Both the position numbers and the translations under genes were made by a program. Source: Syntrophomonadaceae bacterium (GTDB lineage Bacteria > Bacillota > Syntrophomonadia > Syntrophomonadales > Syntrophomonadaceae). From it: a DNA stretch of 64,000 bases. This document shows, piece after piece, positions 39,266 through 48,392 of the stretch. Each line of letters starts with the position of its first letter. The stretch's first letter is position 1. The notes under the pieces were generated by a model. It saw only the letters and a list, made by a program, of their open reading frames with translations, was not told where the DNA came from and did no database searches. The stretch is taken from contig DASRMR010000020.1 of the NCBI GenBank assembly GCA_035647815.1, positions 12,870-76,869 on the forward strand, in the 5' to 3' direction.

Positions 39266-40297
39266 GTGTCGGATTTATGGTCTTCAATTAGTTTGAAAGG
39301 TTTATATTTAAAGAATAGATTGGTTATGCCGCCCATGGCTCTGGATATTGCCAGTGAATCGGGCGAAGTAACGGAAAAAATCATTGAACATTATAGGTCG
39401 AGAGCGAAGATGGGGGATGCAAAACAAAGTCCTGGGCTTATCATCGTTGAACATACTTATGTAAGTCCAGAGGGGATTGCACACCCAAATCAATTGGGCA
39501 TTTATGATGATTTTCTAATTCCTGGATTGCAACGGCTGGTGGAAGCAATTCATGAGACAGGGGTGCCAGTTGGTATTCAACTGAGCCATGCAGGGGCACG
39601 AGGATTAAAGCAATCCCAGGGGCCTTCAAGTATTCCGCTTCCATTTCTGAAGCGGTTTAATCGCGGGGGTGATTCCGAAAATGCGCAGAAGATAAATATC
39701 CCAACGCAATTAGAAAATGAAGATATTTCGAAAATCGTCAAAGATTTTGCGCAAGGGGCAGAACGGGCACAAAAGGCTGGTTTTGACATGATAGATATCC
39801 ACGGTGCTCATGGATATCTGCTAAATCAGTTCTTTTCTCCCCTTACCAATCATCGCAGCGACGGTTATGGAGGGCATTTATACAATCGAATGCGATTTCC
39901 ATTAGAAGTATTTGCAGCAATCCGTACGACAGTTGGAGCGGATTATCCCATATTTTATCGGCTAGGTGCGGATGACCGAATCTCAGGTGGGAATACTATA
40001 GAAGACGGTATAAAAGCGGCGGTCATACTTGAAAAATCAGGTGTTGACTGCTTGGATTTATCGGGAGGGGTAGGTGGTTACATAAAAAATGGTCCGGAGG
40101 GTTTCTTTTCATACATGGCTGAGGCGGTGAAAGAACATACATCTCTCCCAGTGCTTCTAACTGGTGGGATTAAAACAGGACATTTTGCCAACCAGCTGGT
40201 AAGTAAAGGGCATGCTGATCTGGTTGGCGTAGGCCGTGCGATTCTTGCAGACCCGACCTGGGTCAATCGAGCATGGCTAGAAACAGGCAACTTTTAA
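39266..40297 (+). CDS. NADH:flavin oxidoreductase (Old Yellow Enzyme family TIM barrel)
   Basis: LKNRLVMPPM, QLSHAGA, GFD.IDIHGAHGYLLNQFFSP..N.R.D.YGG and GR....DP motifs. GTG 39266 is likely, with ATG 39218 as an alternative. Confidence 0.85.
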   Translation: MSDLWSSISLKGLYLKNRLVMPPMALDIASESGEVTEKIIEHYRSRAKMGDAKQSPGLIIVEHTYVSPEGIAHPNQLGIYDDFLIPGLQRLVEAIHETGVPVGIQLSHAGARGLKQSQGPSSIPLPFLKRFNRGGDSENAQKINIPTQLENEDISKIVKDFAQGAERAQKAGFDMIDIHGAHGYLLNQFFSPLTNHRSDGYGGHLYNRMRFPLEVFAAIRTTVGADYPIFYRLGADDRISGGNTIEDGIKAAVILEKSGVDCLDLSGGVGGYIKNGPEGFFSYMAEAVKEHTSLPVLLTGGIKTGHFANQLVSKGHADLVGVGRAILADPTWVNRAWLETGNF

Positions 40298-40352
40298 AAG
40301 ATTTGGAATTCGACAAATAAAATTGCATTTTGCGAAACTCATATTTCACAAC

Positions 40353-40379
40353 ATTTTGATTGACTATGTCAATCAAAAT
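40353..40379. repeat. Perfect 12-bp-arm inverted repeat ATTTTGATTGAC-TAT-GTCAATCAAAAT
   Basis: Read directly from the sequence, 56 nt after the OYE stop codon. No T-tract follows, so an operator-like role is at least as likely as a terminator. Confidence 0.6.
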
Positions 40380-40465
40380 ATCCGCGCGGGGCAATTGAAA
40401 CAACGAATTTATGTTCTGCGTGTGCAGGCGTTTTTTTCTTTTCGTTTAACTTAATGCTTTTCCTT

Positions 40466-40512
40466 AAAGAAATGTTGGTAAGGCTTTCAAGCCCGCTAAC
40501 ATTTCTTTTTTT
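40466..40512 (+). terminator. Intrinsic terminator in the OYE/RHH intergenic region
   Basis: AAAGAAATGTT-N21-AACATTTCTTT followed by TTTT. Confidence 0.65.
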
Positions 40513-40545
40513 AATAGCAAGCAGAAAGATAAACATTAGTTCTAC

Positions 40546-40573
40546 AATGAGAATAATATTTCAAAATGAGAAT
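40546..40573 (+). promoter_or_regulatory. Direct repeat AATGAGAAT x2 (candidate enhancer/UAS for the 40649 sigma-54 promoter)
   Basis: AATGAGAAT at 40546-40554 and 40565-40573, 19 bp apart and 76-103 bp upstream of the -24 element. It shares the TGAGA core with the TCTCAA/TTGAGA palindromes at 56522 and 62058. Confidence 0.35.
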
Positions 40574-40648
40574 CAATAGTAGTTGGCGATAAGTGGAAAA
40601 GGGCATAAAGGCCAGTGCGAATGAGGGATTGGTCAAAACAATAATTGT

Positions 40649-40664
40649 TGGCATATTATTTGCA
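40649..40664 (+). promoter_or_regulatory. Sigma-54 -24/-12 promoter (TGGCATATTATTTGCA)
   Basis: GG and GC are spaced as in the consensus TGGCAC-N5-TTGCA. It lies 104 nt upstream of the RHH/ABC operon start. Confidence 0.7.
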
Positions 40665-40680
40665 TGACTAGTAATAAGGA

Positions 40681-40748
40681 GGTAAGACAAATCTGGTTTG
40701 TTCTGTCTCAAAATCTCAACAATACTTAAGTTCAGTGGTAAGACAAAT
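40681..40748 (+). repeat. 12-nt direct repeat GGTAAGACAAAT x2 in the 5' leader of the RHH/ABC operon
   Basis: Identical copies at 40681-40692 and 40737-40748, between the sigma-54 promoter and the ATG at 40768. Confidence 0.6.
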
Positions 40749-40767
40749 AGGATAGGGGGTTGTAATA

Positions 40768-41073
40768 ATGCTCAGATCAGTAACGGTGAAATTGCATCAG
40801 GATTTGTTTAGGCAAATCAGGGTGATTGCAGAAAAAAAAGGAGAAACGATTTCTGATACGATTAGATATTTGTTGAAACGAGGGCTTGAGGAAAGGATCT
40901 ATGAAGAAAACACAGAATTGATTGCTAGTTTCATCCGGCGGGAGATGGATCATGCAATTCGATCCTATGCTATTTATCCCAGCCTCGATAATGTTGAACA
41001 CCCGAATAATAGCGCATTTACAGAAAGGTTGATCTTAGTTAGGTCTAATAAAGATGAAAATCTACCGAGCTAG
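40768..41073 (+). CDS. Ribbon-helix-helix (CopG/Arc-like) protein
   Basis: N-terminal RSVTVKLHQDLFRQIRVIAEKKGETISDTIRYLLKRGL fits the beta-strand/helix/helix RHH pattern. 101 aa. Confidence 0.55.
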   Translation: MLRSVTVKLHQDLFRQIRVIAEKKGETISDTIRYLLKRGLEERIYEENTELIASFIRREMDHAIRSYAIYPSLDNVEHPNNSAFTERLILVRSNKDENLPS

Positions 41074-41129
41074 TTCATCTATTTATAGAAATATGATTGT
41101 AAAAAATATTCTTTAAGGAGGTTTATCCG

Positions 41130-42356
41130 GTGCATTATAAAACAAGGAAAATGATTTTAATACTTTTTCTGATTATTAGTTTAATAGCCTTGACAGGCTG
41201 CCAAAAGTCGATTGATTTTGATGAAAAGGCCGATTTTAACACCATGGTAGAAGAGGCTGAGGGAACACTAGTTACCTTTTATGGTTGGGGGGGAGACGAT
41301 CAGCAGAATAAATGGATCGATACCGTGGTTACTCCTACAGTTAAAGAAAAATATGATATCACGCTAAAAAGAGTCCCTATAGATATTGATCAGGTTCTAA
41401 GTAAACTTTCTGGGGAAAAGCAGGCCAACAAGACAAAAGGCAGTATCGATATTATTTGGATCAATGGTGAAAACTTCTATTCCGCCAAAGAGAATGGATT
41501 CCTGCATGGGCCTTTTACCCATAAATTACCTAATTACGAAAAATATATGAACCCTAATGATGAAGAAGTTACCAAGGATTTTGGATTTCCTATTGAAGGC
41601 TATGAAGCACCGTTCAGTAAAGCTCAGTTGGTTTTAATTAAAGATGCTGCAACTACCCCTGAAACACCAAAAAATACGGCAGAATTACTCGCCTATGCTA
41701 AGAAATATAAGGGGAAAGTCACTTATCCTGCACCGCCCGACTTTACTGGCAGTGCCTTTGTTAGAAATATCATTTATGACATTGTAGGTTTTGAAGAGCT
41801 GAATACCATAAAAGCAGATAAAGCTAAAATTAAACAAACTATCATGCCTGCGATTGAATATATGAGGGAGCTGAATCAGTATCTTTGGAACGAAGGCAAG
41901 ACTTTTCCTGCAACTGTTGCACAACTAGATAATATGTTTGCTGATGGGGAAGTCGTTATGAATATAAGTTACGCTCCCTATTCTGTTGCTAATTTTATTG
42001 CTAACGGGACATACAGGGAGACAGTTCAAGCATTTCAGTTCGATAAAGGGACTATCGGTAATACTAATTACCTTGCCATTGCTCAGAATGCTCCTAACAA
42101 ACAAGGTGCACTCGTGGTTATTAATGAGATTCTTTCAGCGGAAATGCAGGCTTCTAAATTAAGGCATCTTAAGGCTTTGCCAGTAGTTGACTATAACAAA
42201 TTAAGTTTAGCAGAAAAACAGCTCTTTGATGAAGTGGAAATGGGGGAAGGTTGCATCTCGCAGGATGAGCTACTTTCTAAGAGAATACCAGAAATTCCTG
42301 CTAATCTTGTTCCGATTATCGAAGAAATATGGCAGGAAGAAGTCGTGAAAAAATAG
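41130..42356 (+). CDS. ABC transporter substrate-binding lipoprotein (YnjB/COG4134-like, tentative)
   Basis: Lipobox LTGC, about 408 aa, and FYGWGGDDQQNKWID near the N-terminus as in YnjB-type binding proteins. GGAGG RBS precedes GTG 41130. Confidence 0.75.
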   Translation: MHYKTRKMILILFLIISLIALTGCQKSIDFDEKADFNTMVEEAEGTLVTFYGWGGDDQQNKWIDTVVTPTVKEKYDITLKRVPIDIDQVLSKLSGEKQANKTKGSIDIIWINGENFYSAKENGFLHGPFTHKLPNYEKYMNPNDEEVTKDFGFPIEGYEAPFSKAQLVLIKDAATTPETPKNTAELLAYAKKYKGKVTYPAPPDFTGSAFVRNIIYDIVGFEELNTIKADKAKIKQTIMPAIEYMRELNQYLWNEGKTFPATVAQLDNMFADGEVVMNISYAPYSVANFIANGTYRETVQAFQFDKGTIGNTNYLAIAQNAPNKQGALVVINEILSAEMQASKLRHLKALPVVDYNKLSLAEKQLFDEVEMGEGCISQDELLSKRIPEIPANLVPIIEEIWQEEVVKK

Positions 42357-42374
42357 TCGTCAAGAGGTGGTTAG

Positions 42375-43253
42375 ATGAACAAATCCAGAGTCGCACCTTA
42401 TTTATTGCTCCTTCCTGTATATTTGTTAAGCCTGTTGTTTATTATTGGTATCGGCAATGGGATTTTACAAAGTTTCGGGGTGATTCCATCGCTGGGGCTA
42501 AATACGCCAACACTTGATTATTATGTTGAAATTTTTAAGCGTAAGGAATTACTATCTGCGATTGGGCTTAGCTTTTACGTTGCATTGGCTTCTTCTTTAC
42601 TTGCTACAGTGATTGGTGTGTTGCTTTGTGCAGCGTTGGTAATGGGGGGGTTAGCAAAGGGAAAAGCTGGGCAAGTTTTAAAAATACCTATCATGATCCC
42701 CCATACTGTTGTGGCATTATTTATCATCAGTTTGTTTTCTCAAAGTGGACTTTTAGCGCGTTTATTTTATGCCATGGGAATAATCGGTTCTCAGGAGAGT
42801 TTTCCTTCGATACTCTATACGAGTAATGGGATAGGCATTATTTTGGCCTATTTATGGAAGGAAATCCCCTTTGTTGTTTTCTTTGTAATCTCTATCATGT
42901 CAAATATTAGCTCGACACTAGGGGAGGCAGCGGAGAATCTAGGGGCATCAAAGTGGAGAGCTTTTAGGAGTGTTACCCTTCCGCTTTGTATGCCGGCTAT
43001 TAAAAATGCTTTTTTAATAATTTTTGTGTATTCATTAGGTGCATATGAATTGCCCTATTTATTGGGGGCAACCGTACCCAAGATGTTGCCCATACAAGCT
43101 TTTATAGAATACACTCATCCTGATTTATTGCATCGCCCGTATGCAATGGCTATGAATGGTATTGTATTCTTTATTTCTTTCTTAGTTGCTTTACTGTATT
43201 ACCGTTTTTTACAGCATGATAAGAACCATAAGATAGGGAGGACTAATTTATGA
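42375..43253 (+). CDS. ABC transporter permease
   Basis: Six predicted TM segments and an EAA-loop-like sequence EAAENLGASKWRAFRSVTLP. Confidence 0.85.
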   Translation: MNKSRVAPYLLLLPVYLLSLLFIIGIGNGILQSFGVIPSLGLNTPTLDYYVEIFKRKELLSAIGLSFYVALASSLLATVIGVLLCAALVMGGLAKGKAGQVLKIPIMIPHTVVALFIISLFSQSGLLARLFYAMGIIGSQESFPSILYTSNGIGIILAYLWKEIPFVVFFVISIMSNISSTLGEAAENLGASKWRAFRSVTLPLCMPAIKNAFLIIFVYSLGAYELPYLLGATVPKMLPIQAFIEYTHPDLLHRPYAMAMNGIVFFISFLVALLYYRFLQHDKNHKIGRTNL

Positions 43254-44062
43254 ATAGAGGCAAAAAAATCGTTCTAAAAATGTTTGTCTATTTCAGTGTT
43301 TTGTCAGTACTGATCCCTATTATGGTGATTGCGATTTGGAGTGTATCGGGAAGATGGGCTTGGCCCCAGCTGTTTCCAGATAGTTTTTCTTTGCGGGGGA
43401 TAAACGAATTATTCGGTGGTTATTCTGGTGCTGTGCAAGTTTTAGGATCAAGTATTGCCATCTCATTAATTGTCGCGCTTTTAGCCGTTATTATTGGTGT
43501 GATGACTGCCAGAGCCTTAGTTTTCTATGATTTTAGAGGCAAAAGTTTAGTAAGCTTCGGAGTTATTTTACCGATTATTATTCCTAGTACGGTTTTCGCG
43601 ATGGGCATACATGTCCTATTCATTAAAATGGGTCTATCCGATACTGTTTTGGGTGTCATAATCGTGCACTTAATTTGCTCTTTACCGTATGCTATTAAGA
43701 TCATAACCGACATGACTGCAGTAATTGGAAAAAAGTTGGAAGAGCAGGCCAGTGTTCTCGGAGCTACTCCGGGCCAAATCCTTAAGGATATTACTATTCC
43801 TTGTCTTTTGCCAGGTTTGATATCTTCGGCTAGCTTGGCTTATATTATATCTTTCGGTCAATATTTTATTACATTGATTATTGGCGGAGGAAGTGTAAAA
43901 ACCTTTTCCATGTTGATGGTACCTTATTTGCAAAGCGGTGATAGGACAGTTGCTTCCGCCTATAGTATGGTGTTTATTTGTTCAACATTAATAATTTTTA
44001 TCGTTCTTGAAAAAACAGCTAACAAATTTAACAAAAATGGAAATGGGGGTTTTTTCGCATGA
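43250..44062 (+). CDS. ABC transporter permease
   Basis: Polytopic, with an EAA-like loop EEQASVLGATPGQILKDITIP. Translationally coupled to its neighbours (ATGA overlaps). Confidence 0.85.
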   Translation: MNRGKKIVLKMFVYFSVLSVLIPIMVIAIWSVSGRWAWPQLFPDSFSLRGINELFGGYSGAVQVLGSSIAISLIVALLAVIIGVMTARALVFYDFRGKSLVSFGVILPIIIPSTVFAMGIHVLFIKMGLSDTVLGVIIVHLICSLPYAIKIITDMTAVIGKKLEEQASVLGATPGQILKDITIPCLLPGLISSASLAYIISFGQYFITLIIGGGSVKTFSMLMVPYLQSGDRTVASAYSMVFICSTLIIFIVLEKTANKFNKNGNGGFFA

Positions 44063-45084
44063 AATTTAAGAGAGGAAGCTCCTCGGAGCTTGTATTGAAA
44101 AATATATTTGTTTCTCTGGGAGATCAATTAATTTTGGATGATGTTAATCTAGTAGTGAAAAAAGGAGAGTTAGTCTCTCTCTTAGGGCCATCAGGTTGTG
44201 GCAAAACCACCATGCTTAAAACTATATCCGGATTGTTGCAACCAGATAGAGGAGACATTTTCATGGATGATGTCAATGTTACCCAGGAAACCTCCTGCAA
44301 GCGAGGTGCGGTAATTGTGTTTCAAGATTTACGGCTATTTCCAAATATGACCGTCGAGGAAAATGTGGCTTATCCACTTAAACTACAAGGTATTGATGGG
44401 AAGAAGCGTCGTGATAAGGTGCAAAAGTTGCTTGAAAATGTACAACTAGATGGATATGAAAAACGTAGTATTTATGAGATATCGGGTGGTCAAGTTCAAC
44501 GAGTGGCATTGGCCAGGGCGGTTGCTGCGAATCCAAATATATTGCTTTTAGATGAGCCATTTTCAAGTTTAGACGGAAACCTTCGAGAGGATATGCGCGA
44601 GTTATTGCTTAATTTACACAGGACTTTTGACATTACTACAGTTTTGGTTACTCATGATCAGCAGGAAGCTTTAATGATGTCTGATCGAATTGCGGTGATG
44701 GGCAATGGCCAAATTATTCAATATGATTCGCCCGCAGTTATTTATAATCAGCCTGCCAATAAAGAAGTAGCGGACTATTTTGGGGGTGGTAATTATATTA
44801 CTGGAAGAGTGAAACAAGGTGTTTTTAGGAGTGAACAACTTACGTTTCCCGTAGCAAAGGCAGATGGATTATATCAGGCTCTTTTTCGCCCTTCAGCACT
44901 AAAGCCGATATCTGGAGCAAATTATTCAGTACAATATGTTCGGTATTTAGGTGAGAGCTGGCAAATCGAGGTGGAAAGGCTAGGTAGTCGGCTTCTCCTT
45001 TCACTGCCATCAGATTATTACTTGAAACCTGGTGATCTGTTAGACATTGAGTTCGACCTTGAAAAGGTCGTGATGATTGCTTAA
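44059..45084 (+). CDS. ABC transporter ATP-binding protein (PotA/CysA-like with C-terminal regulatory domain)
   Basis: Walker A GPSGCGKTT, Q-loop, signature SGGQVQRVALARA, Walker B LLLDEPFS and H-loop VTHDQ. Confidence 0.92.
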   Translation: MKFKRGSSSELVLKNIFVSLGDQLILDDVNLVVKKGELVSLLGPSGCGKTTMLKTISGLLQPDRGDIFMDDVNVTQETSCKRGAVIVFQDLRLFPNMTVEENVAYPLKLQGIDGKKRRDKVQKLLENVQLDGYEKRSIYEISGGQVQRVALARAVAANPNILLLDEPFSSLDGNLREDMRELLLNLHRTFDITTVLVTHDQQEALMMSDRIAVMGNGQIIQYDSPAVIYNQPANKEVADYFGGGNYITGRVKQGVFRSEQLTFPVAKADGLYQALFRPSALKPISGANYSVQYVRYLGESWQIEVERLGSRLLLSLPSDYYLKPGDLLDIEFDLEKVVMIA

Positions 45085-45125
45085 ATAAAACAAGGTTAAG
45101 GCGATAAATGTGGAGGTGTAGATGA

Positions 45126-46013
45126 ATGAAAAAAATCTTATTTGATTGTGACAACACTATGGGGGTTGAAGGCTGCGATGTGGATGATGGGCTGGCTTTA
45201 TTATATCTGTTAGGTATAGATTTTATAGAAATTTGTGGAATAACTACTACCTACGGAAATAGTGATATAAACACGGTATATACGAACACCAAAAGAATGT
45301 TGCAAGAGATTGATCAGTCCGATATTCCGCTTTTAAAAGGCTGTCCGAATAAAGATGTTTTAAATAGTGATGCAGTTGATTTTATTCTGGAAACGGTGAA
45401 TAAAAACAAGGGAAACATTTCGATTCTCGCTACAGGGTCACTAACGAATCTATATGCGGCTTTTCTTAAAGATTCTACCCTGTTTGAAAAAACTTCTGAG
45501 TTGGTCATTATGGGTGGAATTACAGAAGATCTAATCATTAATGGTCAAGTTCTTGACGAATTAAATTTTTCTTGTGATCCTACGGCGACTGAATGTGTTT
45601 TAAGAAATGGTAAAAATGTCTCTGTGATAACTGGCAATAACTGCCTGGATGCGTTTTTTACTGAAAAAGAATTCAATGACAGGCTTTTATCAAGTCTTCA
45701 ACCAAGAGCTGAATATATTAGCCGTAAATGCAAGTATTGGTTTAGGGATATGATGGCGGCTTTCAATATAAACGGTTTTCATAATTGGGATGTTGTTGCA
45801 GCCGCTTTTATTACCAATCCATCACTCTTTACCAATCATTTTATAGAGATAAGCCCTACGCTTGAAGACCTGCGCAAAGGTTTGTTGAACAATGAAATTA
45901 GAAAAGACGAATTAGAATATACGATTAACTTTCCGACCATCAATAATATAGATGTCTTTACAGAAGATGTTTATAATGCGTGGTTAGGTTTAGATAGAAA
46001 TTATTTTTTTTAA
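45126..46013 (+). CDS. Nucleoside hydrolase (IUNH family)
   Basis: N-terminal aspartate cluster ILFDCDNTMGVEGCDVDDGLAL (DxDxxxDD fingerprint) and ATGSLTN. Confidence 0.8.
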   Translation: MKKILFDCDNTMGVEGCDVDDGLALLYLLGIDFIEICGITTTYGNSDINTVYTNTKRMLQEIDQSDIPLLKGCPNKDVLNSDAVDFILETVNKNKGNISILATGSLTNLYAAFLKDSTLFEKTSELVIMGGITEDLIINGQVLDELNFSCDPTATECVLRNGKNVSVITGNNCLDAFFTEKEFNDRLLSSLQPRAEYISRKCKYWFRDMMAAFNINGFHNWDVVAAAFITNPSLFTNHFIEISPTLEDLRKGLLNNEIRKDELEYTINFPTINNIDVFTEDVYNAWLGLDRNYFF

Positions 46014-46026
46014 AAAGGAGTTATAC

Positions 46027-47034
46027 ATGCTTAATCAAGAACTATTCCAGACTGTGAAAACTTATGTGAATGAAAAGGAATTTAAATCCTGCCTAGGTTT
46101 AAGCGGAGAGGTAGAAGTGCAGTTCCTAGCACAGGGTGAATATAATCTGAATTATGTGTTGAAAAATCGGCAAAAGCGCTTTGTGTTCAGGGTCAACACA
46201 GCTAGCCAGATGCAGCTTGAAAATCAGATTGCTTACGAATATAAGGCTTTGCAGTTGCTAAAACGATCTGGCGTAACTCCTCGTCCTTATTACCTAGATG
46301 ATCAGTTGCAAAAGATTCCTTACGGTGTTTTGGTGATGGAATACCTTCCTGGTGAGCCACTTGATTACCGTTGTGATCTTATTTCGGCTGCTAGTACTTT
46401 AGCTAACATTCATGGTTTGGCATCTGATCCCGCTGAAACACAGTTTCTTATAAGGGAACCAGGGCCTTTTACAGGGATATATAATGAAGCAAGCCGAATG
46501 CTTGTTTCCTATTTTAAAGACCCTGAGGCTGACATAGAGGTGCGAGATCTGCTAGAAAAGGCACTCATAAAAGCAGATGATAGGCGAAAAGGCGAAAAAT
46601 ATTTACTGCAGGAACCCTGTCTGGCCGTTATTAATACAGAAGTGAATTCACATAATTTTATCGTTAATCGACAAGCAAACACTTGCCACCTCATTGACTG
46701 GGAAAAACCTATTTATGGTGAACCTGCTCAGGACTTAAGCATGTTTTTAATCGCCACGAGTACATTGTGGAAACAAAATTACCGTCTTAGTTTTGACGAA
46801 GAACAGGGGTTTTTAAATGCCTACCTTAAAAACTCATCTTGGTGTCCTTATCAAGACACTTTGTTTGATCGGGTCGAGATGTTTAAATACTTCAACTATC
46901 TACGAGCTATATCCTGGTGTGCGATGGCTTGGACTGAATATCGTAAACCTGGGCGACTCATCGTTAATCAGGATACTTATCAAAAGATAGAGTCATACCT
47001 ACAACCTGATTTTATTAGATCTAGCATTCAATAA
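46027..47034 (+). CDS. APH/choline-kinase-family phosphotransferase (small-molecule kinase)
   Basis: Nucleotide-loop-like AQGEYNLNYVL, Brenner-type catalytic segment SHNFIVNRQANTCHLIDWEKPIYGEPAQDLS (H.N....N...IDWE). Confidence 0.75.
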   Translation: MLNQELFQTVKTYVNEKEFKSCLGLSGEVEVQFLAQGEYNLNYVLKNRQKRFVFRVNTASQMQLENQIAYEYKALQLLKRSGVTPRPYYLDDQLQKIPYGVLVMEYLPGEPLDYRCDLISAASTLANIHGLASDPAETQFLIREPGPFTGIYNEASRMLVSYFKDPEADIEVRDLLEKALIKADDRRKGEKYLLQEPCLAVINTEVNSHNFIVNRQANTCHLIDWEKPIYGEPAQDLSMFLIATSTLWKQNYRLSFDEEQGFLNAYLKNSSWCPYQDTLFDRVEMFKYFNYLRAISWCAMAWTEYRKPGRLIVNQDTYQKIESYLQPDFIRSSIQ

Positions 47035-47071
47035 AAATAGGCGTTCGTAGAATAATATTTTAATTAAAAAA

Positions 47072-47087
47072 TGGTATGTTTTTTGCA
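47072..47087 (+). promoter_or_regulatory. Sigma-54 -24/-12 promoter (TGGTATGTTTTTTGCA)
   Basis: GG-N10-GC spacing is correct with a TTGCA -12 box. It lies 38 nt after the kinase stop and 166 nt before the CCG-protein ATG. Confidence 0.65.
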
Positions 47088-47253
47088 TAAAGTATATTTA
47101 TAACTCAAATATATTTGTTGTTCTTTTGCTTGTGTAACTTCTTAATCAGCCATCGAGATACACTGTAGAGGCTTTGTGTATCCCAATTGTTAAACACACA
47201 AATAAAAATCGGGATACAGTTTATTAGGAATAGATGAAGGGAGTGTTTTAATT

Positions 47254-48387
47254 ATGCGTGACAACGAAGAAAAAAATCCAATTAATGAGCTTATTGAACA
47301 ATGTTCGGATTGCGGCGCATGCAGTGATATTTGTTCTTTACTTGAAGAAATAGGGGAGAGTCCTGCAACAATTGCTGCCAGGGGGGCTACCGTAGAGGAA
47401 GCCTTTTCCTGCTCCCTATGTGAACTGTGTGAATCGGTGTGTCCTCTGGACTTGAGTCCCGTCCAGATGTTTCAGGCGAAAAGGAATGAGGCGGTAGCAA
47501 ATGATGAGATTGATATCGATGATTACCGTTATTTATTTCCGGATCGTCCAATGAATGTAATGAGTCTATTTCGGCAGGTATATGGTGTCGATTATCAAGA
47601 TTTAAACCAAACCAAAGTAACTAAGACTGCCTTTTTTCCGGGGTGTACGATGATGACATATTCCCCTGACTTAACGCGCAAGGTTTTTGCGACTTTATCA
47701 AAAAGCTATTCAGACATCGTTTTCCTTGAGGATTGTTGTGGCAAGCCTCTCTACCAAATAGGCGTAACTAAACGGGGTGATAAAAACAGAGAACATTTGC
47801 GTGATAAAATAAAAAGTTTAGGAATTAAACGCTTGGTGGTAGCCTGTCCGAATTGTTATTACGAATTGAGAAAAGTCTTTAGCGAATTTGACATTGAGTT
47901 GCTCACTGTTTATGAAGTGTTCAAGGAACAAGGACACAAGACAACATCAAATAATATGAGGAAATGCACCGTGCACGATTCCTGTCCAGATCGTTTTGAT
48001 GGGATTTTTGGCCAGCAGGTCAGACAAGCTTTACGTGAGGCTAATTTCCCAATTCTTGAAATGGAGCATAGCCAGGAAACAACTATTTGTTGTGGCAGTG
48101 GGGGACAGTTGAGTCACTTCCGGCCTGATTTTGCTGAAGAACTAGTTGAACTCAGACTCGAAGAGGCTAAAAAAACAGGAGCGGAAATCCTTATTGCTTA
48201 TTGTCACAGTTGTGTTTTAAATTTTGCGAGAGACCCTTCTGGAATCAAAGTTATGCATGTGCTCAATCTTTTGCTTGATTTTGAAGAAGATTATGACGGA
48301 GTGAAAAACAAAGCGGGTGAAATGTTTGAAGGACCTGCTGGAGTAGAAAACTGGGAGAAAATTATGAAGAAATCTGAGGAGGAGTAG
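47254..48387 (+). CDS. Fe-S oxidoreductase with two 4Fe-4S motifs and two CCG (HdrB/GlpC-like) domains
   Basis: CSDCGACSDIC and CSLCELCESVCP are followed by FFPGCTMMTY...EDCCGKP and VHDSCPDR...TICCGSGG. Confidence 0.85.
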   Translation: MRDNEEKNPINELIEQCSDCGACSDICSLLEEIGESPATIAARGATVEEAFSCSLCELCESVCPLDLSPVQMFQAKRNEAVANDEIDIDDYRYLFPDRPMNVMSLFRQVYGVDYQDLNQTKVTKTAFFPGCTMMTYSPDLTRKVFATLSKSYSDIVFLEDCCGKPLYQIGVTKRGDKNREHLRDKIKSLGIKRLVVACPNCYYELRKVFSEFDIELLTVYEVFKEQGHKTTSNNMRKCTVHDSCPDRFDGIFGQQVRQALREANFPILEMEHSQETTICCGSGGQLSHFRPDFAEELVELRLEEAKKTGAEILIAYCHSCVLNFARDPSGIKVMHVLNLLLDFEEDYDGVKNKAGEMFEGPAGVENWEKIMKKSEEE

Positions 48388-48392
48388 AACAT

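Noticed and set aside
40511-40711. 66-aa minus-strand ORF in the OYE/RHH intergenic region.
   Set aside because: It overlaps the plus-strand terminator, the direct repeats and the sigma-54 promoter. It has no RBS, and the region is better explained as regulatory DNA.
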